64,000 nucleotides of DNA from Octopus vulgaris. Lineage: Eukaryota. Made by a program: the position numbers and the translations under genes. The stretch covers positions 36,146,001 through 36,210,000 of the forward strand of contig OX597833.1 of the NCBI GenBank assembly GCA_951406725.2. Reading direction: 5' to 3'. Positions 13,125-27,209 of the stretch are shown in pieces (within the stretch, counting starts at the first letter, position 1; each line of letters starts with the position of its first letter). The notes under the pieces are model-generated. The model was given only the letters and a program-made list of their open reading frames with translations. It searched no databases and had not been told where the DNA came from.

Positions 13125-13300
13125 GCGACATGGTAAAAACACCCAGTCGACGCCAAGTGGTTGGTATTGGGTACGGCAGCCAGCCGTAGAAATTATGCCA
13201 AAGCAGGGATTGAGATACGGTGCATACTTCGACACATCCGATCCTGTCAAACCATCCAGACCATGCAAGCATGGAACATGGACGTTATTATGATGATGGT
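13125..13300 (+). mobile_element. Diverged SINE/RTE-type 3' end with (GAT)n tail
   Basis: GTGGTTGG...CCAGCCGTAGAAA...CCATGCAAGCATGGAA..GGACGTTA..ATGATGATG; resembles a common octopus repeat tail (recall). Confidence 0.5.
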
Positions 13301-13434
13301 GATCATAACGCATTCATACAACACACACACACACACATACTCACAAATACATACATACATACATACATACACACACACACATACATACATACATACATAC
13401 ATACATACATACATACATACATACATACATACAT

Positions 13435-13470
<36 letters not shown>

Positions 13471-13476
<6 letters not shown>

Positions 13477-14274
13477 TGACGATTCTGGCACTTGGGCTGT
13501 TCGGGCTTAGCCCAGAGTATTTAATTTCTACTGACACTGATTCAAGTATGTAATCGCAGCCAATAACTCGGGCTTCTTTTACTGAGCCTGGTCCCAGTTC
13601 ATTTATTTTCGTTCGGTGTCTGACGGTCGTCTTAAAGGTTCCCTGTATCAAAAAATATAGTTCGTAGCAGACGATCTCTCGACATCGTTCACACGCGCCT
13701 GACTCGGTTACAGAAGTTACAGCCTGAGTTGTTTTCTATAATCGTAAAAATTAAAAGTAATTCAAATTCCATGTATTTTTGGAAACAATAAATTTCTAGA
13801 GAGATTAGGATTTAAATTCGAATCTATGAAAAGTTTCCGTTCTACAATACTCTGAAAGGAACGAAAAATTATCCACCAAATCGAGCTAAATACGAACGAG
13901 CCTTTTAGGTGTAAACGAGCCTTTTAGGTGTAAACGAGCCTTTTAGGTGTAAAAGACTGGTATTTCTTGTCAAGAGTACAGGTGACAGTCACATCGCTGG
14001 TGCTTGTTGTGTACTCCGCTGTCGTTATTTGTTTTCTGTTATTTTGTGTGTGTGCAAATATCAGTTGTGTTTTGCAGGGTTGCTTTACTTTTACCATTAA
14101 CTTAGAAGTAGAGAAAGGCATAGTGCTAGATATGAAAAATAAGTCATTTGGGGCTAGAAATTAAGCGGAAAAGCGTCAGATACTTCGAGAATGCATGTGT
14201 CTTATGTAAAACCTGTGAGGAAACCTGAGATGAGCCCGAGTGACGAAACTTGTGATGACTTGGAGTCGCCTCTG

Positions 14275-14277
<3 letters not shown>
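13471..14277 (+). mobile_element. Probable solo LTR between (TA)n and (CA)n
   Basis: Imperfect terminal inverted repeats TATCAGTGACGATTC...GAGTCGCCTCTGACA (TG..CA type); partial second copy at 3012-3422. Confidence 0.5.
13894..13953. repeat. 20-bp tandem repeat (AACGAGCCTTTTAGGTGTA-like) x3
   Basis: Direct reading. Confidence 0.9.
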
Positions 14278-14360
<83 letters not shown>

Positions 14361-14442
14361 GTATGTATGTATATATATTATTAAAGCTAAAAAACCATCA
14401 CAGTTTTCGCGATACTTTCGTGATGTTTTTGGAGCTTTAATC

Positions 14443-14755
14443 GGAGACCCCTTCGGTCACAACACAGACCATGGGATTGCACCTAGAAAGTTACCCTCCT
14501 AGACACAAGTCCAGCAGTCGCCCATGCATACCAGCCTCCCCTCTCCACGCCACCAGTGTTATCCAAGGGAAAGACAAAGTTCGATATAGCTTGGCACCAG
14601 TGACGTCGCAACTCATTTCTACAGCTGAGTGAACTGAAGCAACGTGAAATAAAGTGCCTTGCTCAAGAACACAACACGCAGCCCGGTCCGGGATTCGAGC
14701 TCACAACCTCACGATCGTAAGCTCGACGCTCTAACCACTGAGCCATGCGCCTTCA
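14443..14755 (-). mobile_element. SINE family B, third tail type
   Basis: Minus head GAAGGCGCATGGCTCAGTGGTTAGAGCG...GAGCTCGAATCCC (tRNA A/B boxes) and shared core. Confidence 0.8.
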
Positions 14756-14844
14756 CGGAGCTTTAATAACAAAGCATATTACTCTACCTCTGGAATTGAG
14801 TACTATTTTTACCCCCTTGTTTCCCATTTATCTGCTTACTCTGC

Positions 14845-14931
<87 letters not shown>

Positions 14932-15130
14932 TGTATACTTGTATATATCTATACTATATATACACACATACATATGTATATATACACATATATGAATAAA
15001 CAGATATATAATGCATATATGCATGTATGTATTTATGTATATATATGCATGTAAGTCGACAAGTTTTATTAAAATATATACTTACATGTACGTCGCTTTC
15101 ATACTAACTAAAAACTAAAAAATTATATGT

Positions 15131-15154
15131 ATCCATATATATAAAACTGAGAAT

Positions 15155-15228
<74 letters not shown>

Positions 15229-15440
15229 ATCTATCTGTATGTCTGTCTGTCTCTATGTGTGCATCACTAAAACTGGAGAACTACCCAACGGATTTCATTC
15301 AAATTTTACACATGTTTTACTTAAAGTCTATGCAGTGTGATGGGCCAAAAAAAAATTTCAGCTACGTGCCTAATGCGAGCCCGGAGCAATATCTCATCTC
15401 TTGCTCTGTCTGCTTCTGTACTACGTGCCAAAACTGAGAC
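15131..15440 (+). mobile_element. Possible non-autonomous Helitron-like 5' fragment
   Basis: TCCATATATATAAAACTGAGAAT, then (GT)n/(CTGT)n, then CAACGGATTTCATTCAAATTTTACACA; layout typical of microsatellite-carrying rolling-circle elements. Confidence 0.35.
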
Positions 15441-15575
15441 AATAACATCTTTATTAATTCCTTCACTATTATATGGTTTCAATTTCAGTTTCTTTCATTA
15501 TGTATCCATATATATTAGCTTCATTTCTGTTACTTTCAATATGTATTTATATACATGTTTCTATATGCAAGTATG

Positions 15576-15638
<63 letters not shown>

Positions 15639-15809
15639 GTGTGTGTGTGTATATCTCTTTATTTATATCTTTGTATATATATATATATGTATATTTGTGT
15701 ATATATGTGTGTATAGATATATATATATATATATATTAATATAAATATATATATATATGCACATATATATCTAATGTATGTATGTATAGGTATATATACA
15801 TATGTATGC

Positions 15810-15856
<47 letters not shown>

Positions 15857-15981
15857 TGTATATTTATTTGTGTATATATATGTATATGTATGTATATATA
15901 TGTATATATATATGTATATATGTATATATGCGTATATATATATATGTATATATATATATTTATGTATATATATATATATAC

Positions 15982-16024
<43 letters not shown>

Positions 16025-16079
16025 CATATATATATATATATATATACATACATATATATATATACATACATATATATAT

Positions 16080-16150
<71 letters not shown>

Positions 16151-16287
16151 TTTGTATATATATATATATGTATATATATCTATGTATATATATGTAGATA
16201 TATGTGCATATGTGTGCATATATATATATATATGTATATGTATGTATGTGCGTATATATAAATATATGTATGTATATATATATATAA

Positions 16288-16558
16288 GCGTGGGCATGGG
16301 TGTGTCCTAAGAAGATTGTTTACCAAACATATGGTTCTGAGTTCAATCCCTGAGCAACTGTCTCCTACTATAGCCTTAGGCCGACCAAAGCCATGTTAGT
16401 GAATTTGATTGACAGAAACTGAACGAATATATATATTATGTGTTTGCAATTGTGTCTATGTTTGTTTCCCGCTACCATCGCTCAGAAACCGATGTTGGTG
16501 TGTTTATGTCCTCGTAACTTAGCGATTCGACAGACGATACAATAAGCATCAGGCTTAC
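16288..16558 (+). mobile_element. SINE family A, degenerate
   Basis: GGCCGACCAAAGCC...CCGATGTTGGTGTGTTTATGTCC. Confidence 0.7.
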
Positions 16559-16878
16559 TATATATATTCTTACATACATACGCATATACTTATGTATATA
16601 TTTATCTACGTATGTATGAACACAAACTTATTATGATAAGGCTGCTCCTGATTGCTGTTGATTGCCGTTGGTTGTTGTTGATTATCAACAAATAATTACA
16701 CTAAGACGTATGTCTTCAATCACACGGCTATTGTTAAGTTTCTGCTGGAAAAATATATTGTTCACCGTCAACTCCTTACTACTTACAAGAACTACAACCA
16801 GTATCACTATCAATACCCTACCAATATCCTCAGCACAATAATGTATTACACTTCTCAGAGTTGCACATGTGAACGACA

Positions 16879-17208
16879 CCATTTAATTGAATAATGAAAT
16901 CATTTCATCAATTTTAATGCAGTGTTATCATCAACTGCACAGATAAATAGAATTTTATCTAGTTGGACACATTAATATAAGTTTTCGTAAATACTTTAAC
17001 AGAGTAAGATGGAAGAAATGGTCATTCTTGGAAGTGTAGTCTTTTCTTAGCTACAATAGTGGCAAGATGAATTTCTTCCATTTTCTTGCTCTGTATTTGA
17101 GAAAAATTATATTAATGTGTCCAACTGTTTAAAATTCTATTTATTTGTGCAGCTGATGATAGCACTTCATTTAAATTGATGTAATGATTATATTGTTCAA
17201 TTAAATGG
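16879..17208. mobile_element. Foldback/MITE-like element with ~140-bp imperfect arms
   Basis: 16879-17020 is the reverse complement of 17070-17208 (AGTTGGACACATTAATATAA / TTATATTAATGTGTCCAACT). Confidence 0.75.
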
Positions 17209-17278
17209 AATCGATTGAAACGGTTGTACTGCATTACTTCTTGATGTCTTGTTGCTTACACACACACACACACACACA

Positions 17279-17535
17279 TATTGGGTCATCCCATAAATAA
17301 TGCAGCTTCTATACTTCATTTATTTTTTCTATCTTTTTTCAAAATTAAGATAAAGTTCTTTTTTAATTTAAAATATACTCTCCTTCATTTTCTACAATGC
17401 ACTTCCATCTATCTAGTAAACATGGAAAGCCTCTTTTCCAAAATTCACTTGTCTGTGACAAAAAATAATTCTCCAGAACTGTTCTCACCTCGTCTACAGA
17501 ATTGATATTTTTCCGTCCAAATGGTGTTCGAAATT
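17279..17535 (-). mobile_element. mariner 3' fragment with TIR
   Basis: TATTGGGTCATCCCATAAATAATG terminus; minus translation ..DEVRTVLENYF..FWKRG..LLDRWKCIVENEGEYI. Confidence 0.75.
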
Positions 17536-17638
17536 GCGAGAATGATCCGGTTCTTACTTAAAGGCTTTGAACGGCCCATCCGTGTTTTTCGTATCGTCTA
17601 TCTGGATGTTTTGCGTTCTTGTCCCATTTTGTATTTAA

Positions 17639-17671
<33 letters not shown>

Positions 17672-17672
<1 letters not shown>

Positions 17673-17731
17673 AAATATAATATGTGACAATTATTCAGTG
17701 GCTACTGAATAATTGTCACATATTATATTTA
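17672..17731. repeat. Perfect 28-bp-arm palindrome
   Basis: TAAATATAATATGTGACAATTATTCAGT-ggct-ACTGAATAATTGTCACATATTATATTTA. Confidence 0.95.
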
Positions 17732-17809
17732 TAGATAAATTCTTCTATTTACATAATATCAAGGTCTCTTTCATTCTTTTGTTGTCTTACCATTTCTATC
17801 AATATATAT

Positions 17810-17890
<81 letters not shown>

Positions 17891-18569
17891 TTTGTTGTAT
17901 CTAGAGAGGGTCACCATACCAATATAAATTTAATTGAACACACTCACTGGTTCAATACCACATCTTTATTTTACCAATTATCCAATTGTTTGTTTAATGT
18001 GAATGTTGATCGAACAGTCGTTCGGTTGTTAGTTTTTCAATGACATGCCCTCACTTTACAAGCATATATATATATATATATACGTGCATATATATACACA
18101 TATATATGTATATATATACATACATATATATATCAATATGTATATAATATATACACAATATATATATATATGTATATATAAATGTATATAAGTATATATT
18201 GTATATGTATATGTATATAATATATACATATATATATATGAATGTGTATATAATATATAAATATATATACATGTACATACATATACATGCACACACGCAT
18301 AGATATGCATATGTAAATGTAAGCACGAATATATGTATGCATTTATGGATGTGTGCATACGTGTATGTGTGGTATGCGTAGGTGTATGTGAGAAAAACTG
18401 TATTGTAAACGATTGATTTGGGTGATAAAAAAGAAAAGTGATGAAAATTGTGGGTGTTGGAAGAATGTTCTTATCACGTGAGGTTACATATGGTAATGGA
18501 TTGATATAAATTACTGATTACACGTGTTAACGTGATGTCATCGTCGTTGTTACCGTTGTTATTTTCTTA

Positions 18570-19347
<778 letters not shown>

Positions 19348-20544
19348 TCGACGGCCATGAGATCGTGATGTCTGCAATTGTTGTAAGAGCTGTTGCACGT
19401 AACTATTAGAAACGCATCCTTCACTACTACAATTTAGCACTACCATTCGCGTTTCCGCTCTTGTCATAAAATGTTTTGGCTCCTAATCACGTCTTTGTAA
19501 CATGCCCACCATCACTCTCCCGCTTGTATGAGTGATTCTTGTTGATATATAAAGATTATTATTGTTGTTGTTGTTGTTTTTTTGGGGGGGGCTTTTTTTT
19601 TTGGCATTGCTGATGCTGACGATGATGTTATTCTTGTTGTTATTGTTGACGTTGTTTTCGTCTTTTGCGGACATTTTCGACAAGCTCTTCTCATATTTTT
19701 ATATTCGTGAAATTTATTTAATAATGTAAAAGGATGGGTTTTGTAAAAATTGTTATTTTACCAAAGGAACTTTCTGGAATACTTGTTGTTGATCCAATAC
19801 ATTGACCTTGAGATGAACGGAATAAGATTTGTTTACGGATATTTACGTTCTTATTTTATAAGCATTTCGTTCCCTGATACATCGACATAGCTTTATCTTT
19901 ACAAAGGAGCAGGAAGAGGTGTTCGCCACAGGGGTGGTAGAACAAAGAATAACAAACACGCCTCTTTGATACAAACATTGAAAATATATTGGCACAGATA
20001 TAAAAATAGAAAAACAACCAAAACGTTATTCTAACAATGCACAAGAATTGAGCAGACACAAACAAAACTAAAGCAACAGTAATTTAGCAGTCTTTGAAAT
20101 CTCGCTCAGCGACAACGAAAGGAATATCTATAGCTGCATGTACACACGCATTCTGTCAACCGAAAGTGTTGCAAATATAAACTAAAAGAAAAAAAAGATG
20201 TTTGCAAGTATATTTTTCAAACAAGAATCATATACTTTCCCTGAGATGACAAACGTGTGACGACATTTTGTCCCTAAAGCGTACAAAGGAAGAGAAATAA
20301 CATACCTGTATATTACTATCAAGGCCATGGCAGCTTTCTTTGTCTCGTGGACACTTACTTGATGAGCAGGTGGTCAGTGCCGATTTAACCTTCGCCTATA
20401 TCAAGTTCGGAGGACGTCTGCATAGGCATACATATCCTCATGACCTCCAGAGGACCACTAAATGAGCCCAGAATTATGTCCTGTGGTGAGTATTGAGAGA
20501 ATCCAGGACAGAAAGCGTGGCTGTTTTATCATTATTGTTGTTAC

Positions 20545-20589
<45 letters not shown>

Positions 20590-20619
20590 CATCATCATCA
20601 TCATCATCATTATCATTAT

Positions 20620-20795
20620 TGCTAGCAGAATCGTTAAACACGTTGGACGAAATGTTTAGTGGTATTTCGCTCGTCGCTGCGTTCGGAGTTTAATCCTTTC
20701 GGGGTCAATAAACTGAGTACCAGTGAAACACTGGGATCGGTGTAATCGACAATATCCCTCCCCAAATTTCAGGGCTTGCGCTTATAGTAGAAAGA
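20620..20795 (+). mobile_element. SINE family C, internally deleted
   Basis: GCAGAATCGTTA...GTACCAG...CCCCAAATTTCAGG..TTG..AGTAGAAAG. Confidence 0.7.
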
Positions 20796-20809
20796 ATTAT
20801 TATTATTTC

Positions 20810-21232
20810 TCACAGAGAAGCTCCTGGAGTCTTGCATGCGTAGCGGGCTTACTACCTGCAGCCTACGGTACCATGCTATCCATTCTTTTCAGCTATCTAA
20901 TACTTTCCTGATTATTCTGGCCGTGCCAAGGAGGCAAAACTTCTGTAACAGTTCTACTGGGCACTCTATTCCAATTTCTTTTATATACTACTTGATGCTT
21001 TCTGATACTATTACTAAGGACCCAAAAATAATCGGCTTCGCCTTCATTTCCGTAGCCGGGCTATTCCGCCTTCTTTCTTGATTATTGACTAACGATATAG
21101 CACATGTGGTGCATCTTGTCCACCACCACTAGATCCGGTCTGTTATGCTCTAGCACCTGATCTGTTTGGACTGGGAAATTCCAGAGGATTTTGCTAGTTC
21201 CCGACTCAGCCACTCTCTGCGGTTTGTACTCA
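20810..21232 (-). mobile_element. R4/Dong-clade 3' fragment with (TAA)n tail
   Basis: KPQRVAESGTSKILWNFPVQTDQVLEHNRPDLVVVDK...PIIFGSL...LLQKFCLLGTARIIRKVL*. Confidence 0.85.
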
Positions 21233-21291
21233 TTCCCCCAAATTTCAGGCCTTGTACTTCCAGTAGAAAGGATAATAATAATAATAATAAC

Positions 21292-21444
<153 letters not shown>

Positions 21445-21500
21445 CAATGTTGTTGTTGTTGTCGTCGTCGTCGTTGTTGTTGTTGTTGTTGTTGTTATGG

Positions 21501-21717
21501 AAGGCAGAGAACTGGCAGAATTGTTGTTAGCATGCCGGGTGTAATGATTAGCGGCATTTCATCCGTCTTTACGTTCCGAGTTCAAATTTCGACGAAGTCG
21601 ACTTTGCATATCATCCATCCGAGGTCATTAAAATAAGTACCAGTTGAATACTAGGGTCAATGTAATCGACTATCACTCTTCCCCAAATTTCAGGCCTTGT
21701 GCTCATACTAGAAAGGA
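21501..21717 (+). mobile_element. SINE family C
   Basis: CTGGCAGAATTGTTG...GAGTTCAAATT...GTCGACTTTGC...CCCCAAATTTCAGGCCTTGTG. Confidence 0.8.
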
Positions 21718-21789
21718 TCATCATCATCATCATCATCAACATTATGCTGAGTAGGTGTATAATCACCTGGCTCCTAGTATTTGGAAATT

Positions 21790-22362
21790 TTTACTAAGCG
21801 CAGATAGAATATTTCTTTTTGCATTTTTCTTTTCAACAGGGAAGCTTCTAAGGTGCACTAGGCTATTCCAAACAGAGAAGCAAATAAGGGCTGTTATTTT
21901 TTTTTCTTGCGACATAATTATATTTTTTCCTGTTTCTGGTTACATTTCAGTTTCTCCCTCAAAAAATATTTTATTGAATCTTCTTTAAACAACTTCATGA
22001 TCCGACGCTCTGACAGGTCACCAACTCAGTTCACATACGTGAAGCTAGACGTTCCAAAGAAAGAATGAGAAGAGTAACAACAACCGCTAGATATAAAGAG
22101 AATCATTTCCATATCATACTAATAACAACAGTATTTGAACAATCTTCTGCCCTCAGAAATGGAACATAATACCAAGAAAACGGGATATGAAATAATGTAA
22201 ACTAACAAGTGTTGCGTTTGTGCATTTGTGTGTATGTTGGCATAAATACCATTTGATACTCATGCATCAACTATCATGTATGTATATATATATATATATA
22301 AATGTGTATGTGTGTGTATGTATGTATGTATGTATGTATATATATGTGTGTGTATATATGTG

Positions 22363-22443
<81 letters not shown>

Positions 22444-22728
22444 AAAAAGGAAGTATCAAAATTTTAGATAATTATTAATTATTTATTCAGTGCTTTCATT
22501 TCGTTTAAGAGATTCACCAGGAATGAATTTTGTACAGAAAATTTCTGACTTTTTAAAATATGTGAGTTATCTGCTGAAAAAAACAAAACAATTTGTGGTT
22601 GAATCGGGAAGATATGTTCTTTGTTTCGTTTTTAATCTATTTGTGTGTTCGTGTATATGTTTGGATGTATGTATATGTAAGTGTGTTGTGAATTTTTGGA
22701 GGGTCGGTTAGAGGGAGAAAAAGGACGA

Positions 22729-22735
<7 letters not shown>
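21790..22735 (-). repeat. Left arm of long inverted repeat (pLTR + extension) flanking the PLE
   Basis: Reverse complement matches 26370-27205 block by block (e.g. GACAGGTCACCAACTCAGTTCACATACGTG). Confidence 0.85.
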
Positions 22736-22779
<44 letters not shown>

Positions 22780-22997
22780 GGTATTTTTCTGAGATGATTG
22801 AAATTGCATTGTGTTCTTTGGTCAATTGTCATGCTACCAAGCTGTGGAAAGGTGTCTTTTTCTTGAATGGCTGAAACTGATGATAGTTCAAGTGGTTAAT
22901 TTTCTTTTAGATATTGTTTCTTTTTTCTTCTGTCAGTTGTCATGTTATCCAGCAGTAGAAAATAGACTCTATCAAAGTGGTTTTGGAAGGTTATTAA

Positions 22998-23069
<72 letters not shown>

Positions 23070-23129
23070 TAGAGAGAGAGAGAGAGTGAGTGAGTGTTGT
23101 GTGTTGGTGGCTTAAGTGATTTTTTCTAG

Positions 23130-26100
23130 TTATTTCAGTAACAGTATTGAGAACATTTTAATAAGGGTTTCTCATGTGATCATAAATATATATTTTTTAA
23201 TTTTTAAAACGTTTAGTCCAGGTAAGAATTTTTTGACAAAATGTAGACCCATTGCCTTTCGGTACTTTGCGTTATCCATTAGGCGTCTGTAAAGATTTTG
23301 AATCTGCTGTTTCTACATATTTCCAGACGCTTACTGAGCATAAACTTTCGTAATTCTTTTTGTCTAATGTTTTGTATTTGAATTCTTGCACATTGGCAAA
23401 GGGAGTTGTTGGTTTCACCAATATAATTTTCCTTGCAATTGGGGCAGGTTATGCAGTATATGAGAATTTGTATCTTGCGGTTCATATCTGCATTTACCTG
23501 GAAAGAGAATTCTCTTTTAAATTTTCTATGGGAACCAGTGTCCAAATATTTGAAGTTGCTGTTGTCACATATTCCACATCTATTATCTCTACAATCCTTT
23601 ACGGAGAATTCTGAATTATCCCCTGATGTGAATTTTGCTCTAGTGAGATGATTTTTAAGATTTTTGGCTGACATTTACTGCTTCATATAGGTTTTCATCA
23701 ACCAGGTTTTTCATTTTGGAGCTTTGTAAGAGTAGTAGTAGGTTTATTTTTACAGTGTAGAAAACGTTGGTCACTCATGGATTATCTGTACTGATAAATG
23801 GAATAGTATTTTCTTATGGAATGTTGCTTTTGTTTTGTAAAGGATCGCAAGAGTAGAATTTCAAATACTGCGTGTGTGTGGGTATTTTGTTTTTTAAATA
23901 TATCGTTGTTATTGTGGAGTCGCGGATTTTTATGTGAAGGTCTAGGAACGGCAAGTCATTATGAATGGTCTCTGATGAGAATTTGATATGTTGGGGAATG
24001 ATGTTCAGAATATTGTTAAATATGTGTTAATCATTTGATTTTTCTCCCAAAAGAATAAAGCAGTTATAGAGGAAGTGTATCCACGTTAAAATGACATGTT
24101 TCTTGATATTTGGGTCAAAAGTGTTCTCCACTTCCGCTCGTAGCTTTTCTTTTGAAAAACCCATGACCAGGTTAGCGTATGAGGGTGAAAATTTCGTCTC
24201 CACTGGTGTACCCTTTATTTGTCGATATGCTTTACTATTAAAGTTAAAGGTGTTCTTGATATTGAAATCCGTTTTAAAGCGTTCGTTTATCTTCACTCTA
24301 TGTTATTCTACTCAGTGTTTGATTGTTTTCAGGTTCAAAGTACAAGGTATATAAGCATAAAGATTAATAACATCGAATCTTGTAAGGATAGTCCCATCTG
24401 GGACATTGAGTGGGATTTTTATTTTTTGAGAAAATTCATATCGTCTCGTATATAGCTGAGTATTAATGGACATAAGGGTTCAAGGAGTATATCTAAAAGA
24501 TTAAAGATTACTTAATCGCTAATTTGGAGATTGGGGCCCAGCAACTATTGGTTTCAATTTGAGATCGGTGTAGTGGTTCTCCTGATCACTTATAGCTTTT
24601 TGTATTTCCAGGCTTTCGTGGATCTTGAGTAAACTGTGGAAATTTCTGTCTTTAATTTCAAAGTAACATAAGAAGCCTATTTTACTATCTGTGAAGGAGC
24701 CTGAGTGTTGGACAATTCATGTTCTGATTTTATTCATTTTTGTTTTTTCTAGATTTCTTATTTCTTCCTTATAGTAATTCTGGTCTGTCACATGTTCCAA
24801 TATTTTGTCTTTATAACAATCCCTGTCCATAATCACTCTTATTCGCTTATTTTAGGATGACTAAATTGTTATTCTTCAGAGTTAGTAAGGCTTCCTTTGC
24901 TTCTCTACAAACGTTTTGTTTGCATTTATGGACACTGAGAAGTAATTTGGAAATTGTGCCTATATATGTATCGAAATGCTTGTCACTCCCCCTCTAAGGG
25001 GTGAAGTAGGATTATTTTCCTACAATTCACTTTTCACTGATATTCTTATTGCCGACGAATTCTATAAGGCGAAAGTGGCGACTAAAATGTTCAACGTCTG
25101 CTTTTAGTTCTATGAGATTAGAAGTAGGAGTAAGGGTAAATTTGAAACCTTTCAATAAAAGATCTATTCTGTTTTTGTTGAGGTTTCTTTTAGATGAATT
25201 TATAATTTGATGGACTATATGTTCTGTGGGTTTATTTAAATTTTTTGTTTCATCGGATCTGAGGCCCGGTGGTAGTATGTTCTCCCTAAAAAAATGGAGT
25301 TGTAGCACTGCGTATCTGTTACCAGTTTCTAGGGTTCTTGCTGTTTCTTCGTGGGTGAGAAAACATTCCATGTTCTCTATTACGTTGCATATAGTATCTG
25401 TCCTCTTCTCATCCTCTTATATGCTTGGTCGTTAACCGTGGATTTCTTAAGCCTCCATGATGTCTATTTACATTGACTTCGATTTTTCCTTGTCTTTCTC
25501 CCATCTAAGGTATTTGGTATTATGGGTTGGTAGTTGTCTTATATATCTCGTAAATTTGCTTGTGGTAGAGCTATGTTTTGGCATTGTGGCGCATAGGTAT
25601 CTAGTTGGCATTTGGGATGATCTTGAGACCATCTCCAGATATGCCTTTAAATGACTGGGTGCCTGATATCTTTGTCTGGTTCCTCGGGGATCGATTTCCA
25701 TTTCTTTGAATTTTTGTATATTTTACCGTTGCCGTTCTTTTTTTCATAGTGGATTTTTCTCCATAGTTCTTCGTAATTAATGAACCAACAGAGAATGGAG
25801 AAGGGACATTTCTGCTTACAGACAGCATAATGCACATATTTTTGTCTCTTCTAGCTTTTCAGCCTTTATTTCTCTAACGAGGAATTTTCTTGGGAGGATT
25901 GGATTTTCTTCGTTTCGCCAATTTTGGTAATTGTTGGCTCTGTCATCACATCAAATGCTTTTCTATTATGCACGTTAGCATTGAGATAGGGGTAGGTCTT
26001 GGTTCTTATTGCTAAAATGTTTTAAGAAGAGTTCCTTGAGCCTAAATGTCATTCACAACTTTATTTATAACGGGGAAAATTGTGTCGAGTTTTGAGATAA

Positions 26101-26150
26101 GTAGATTCAACTTACTGGATATTTCCGTGAGGAGTTATTCCACGTGTCTG
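23130..26150 (-). pseudogene. Decayed Penelope-like element ORF: reverse transcriptase + GIY-YIG endonuclease
   Basis: LLLKGFKFTLTP (PLE N-terminal motif); NTFNFNSKAYRQIKGTPVETKFSPSYANLVMG (RT); LIYCITCPNCKENYIGET (GIY-YIG); many stops and frameshifts. Confidence 0.9.
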
Positions 26151-26369
26151 ATACCCCACAGTCGTGAGTTTCATTGTAATCCATTCATTCTTATGCCTGG
26201 TACATCCGACTAAATATATATAGATTGTTTGAAGTTTATAGATTGTTTGAATAAGCATCACACTTTGGGACTGGAAGTAATCAAACACTGGCTAGAAAAA
26301 CATAGAGAGAAGATAAACGAACGTTTCAAAAATCACTCAAGCAAGCAACACACAGCACACACGCTCTCT

Positions 26370-27205
26370 GCCTTTCTTTCCGTCTTTTGTTCTTTTTTCT
26401 CCCTCTAACCAAGCTTCTAAACATTCACTATACACACACATACACAAACATACATCCACACACACATAAATACACACACACACACGCTCATATACATTCA
26501 AAACAACAAAGAACATTCTCTTCCCAATTGAACTCCAGATTTTTTCAACTAACATATATAAAAGGTATGAATTTTTTGTAAATATATCATTCCTGATGAA
26601 TCTCTGAAACAGATGAAAGCGCTGACTAAATAATTATACAAAATTCTCATACTTCCCTTTTCTTAATACACACACACATACACGCGCATCCACGCATATA
26701 TATATGACAACTGATACATAGATATCATATGGTATTTATGCCAACATACACACTAAACGCACGCACGCAACACTGGTTAATTTATATTATTCCATGTTAC
26801 GTTTTCTTGGTATAATGTATCATAACTGAGGTCAAGACATCGTTAAAATTATACTGTTGTTATTAGTATGATATGGAAATTATTCTCTTTATATCTAGTG
26901 TTTGTTGTTACTCTGCTCATTCTTTCTGTAGAACGTCTAGCTCCACGTATGTGAACTGAGTTGGTGACCTGTCGGAGCGTCGGATCATGAAGTTGTTTAA
27001 AGAAGGTTTAATGAAACATTTTTGAGGGAGAAGTCATGTGAAGCTGAAATGTAACCAGAAACAGGAAAAATATAACTATGTCACAAAAATAACAGACCTT
27101 ATTTGCTTCTCTGTGTGAAATAGCCTAGTGCACTTTAGAAGCTTCCCTGTTGAAAAAGCAAAATGAAAAAAGAAATATTCTCTTTACGCTTACATTAAAA
27201 AAAAC
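26370..27205 (+). repeat. Right arm of long inverted repeat flanking the PLE
   Basis: See 21790-22735. Confidence 0.85.
26588..26630 (+). ncRNA. Degenerate minimal hammerhead motif in pLTR
   Basis: CTGATGA-ATCT(ctgaaac)AGAT-GAAA-GCGC-TG; cleavage triplet and stem I imperfect. Confidence 0.5.
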
Positions 27206-27209
27206 AAGC

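Noticed and set aside
13894-13953. Short direct repeats as a possible CRISPR array
   Set aside because: Head-to-tail tandem repeat with no spacers; eukaryotic context
14690-14755. tRNA-like sequence
   Set aside because: SINE head continuing into SINE core; not a standalone tRNA gene
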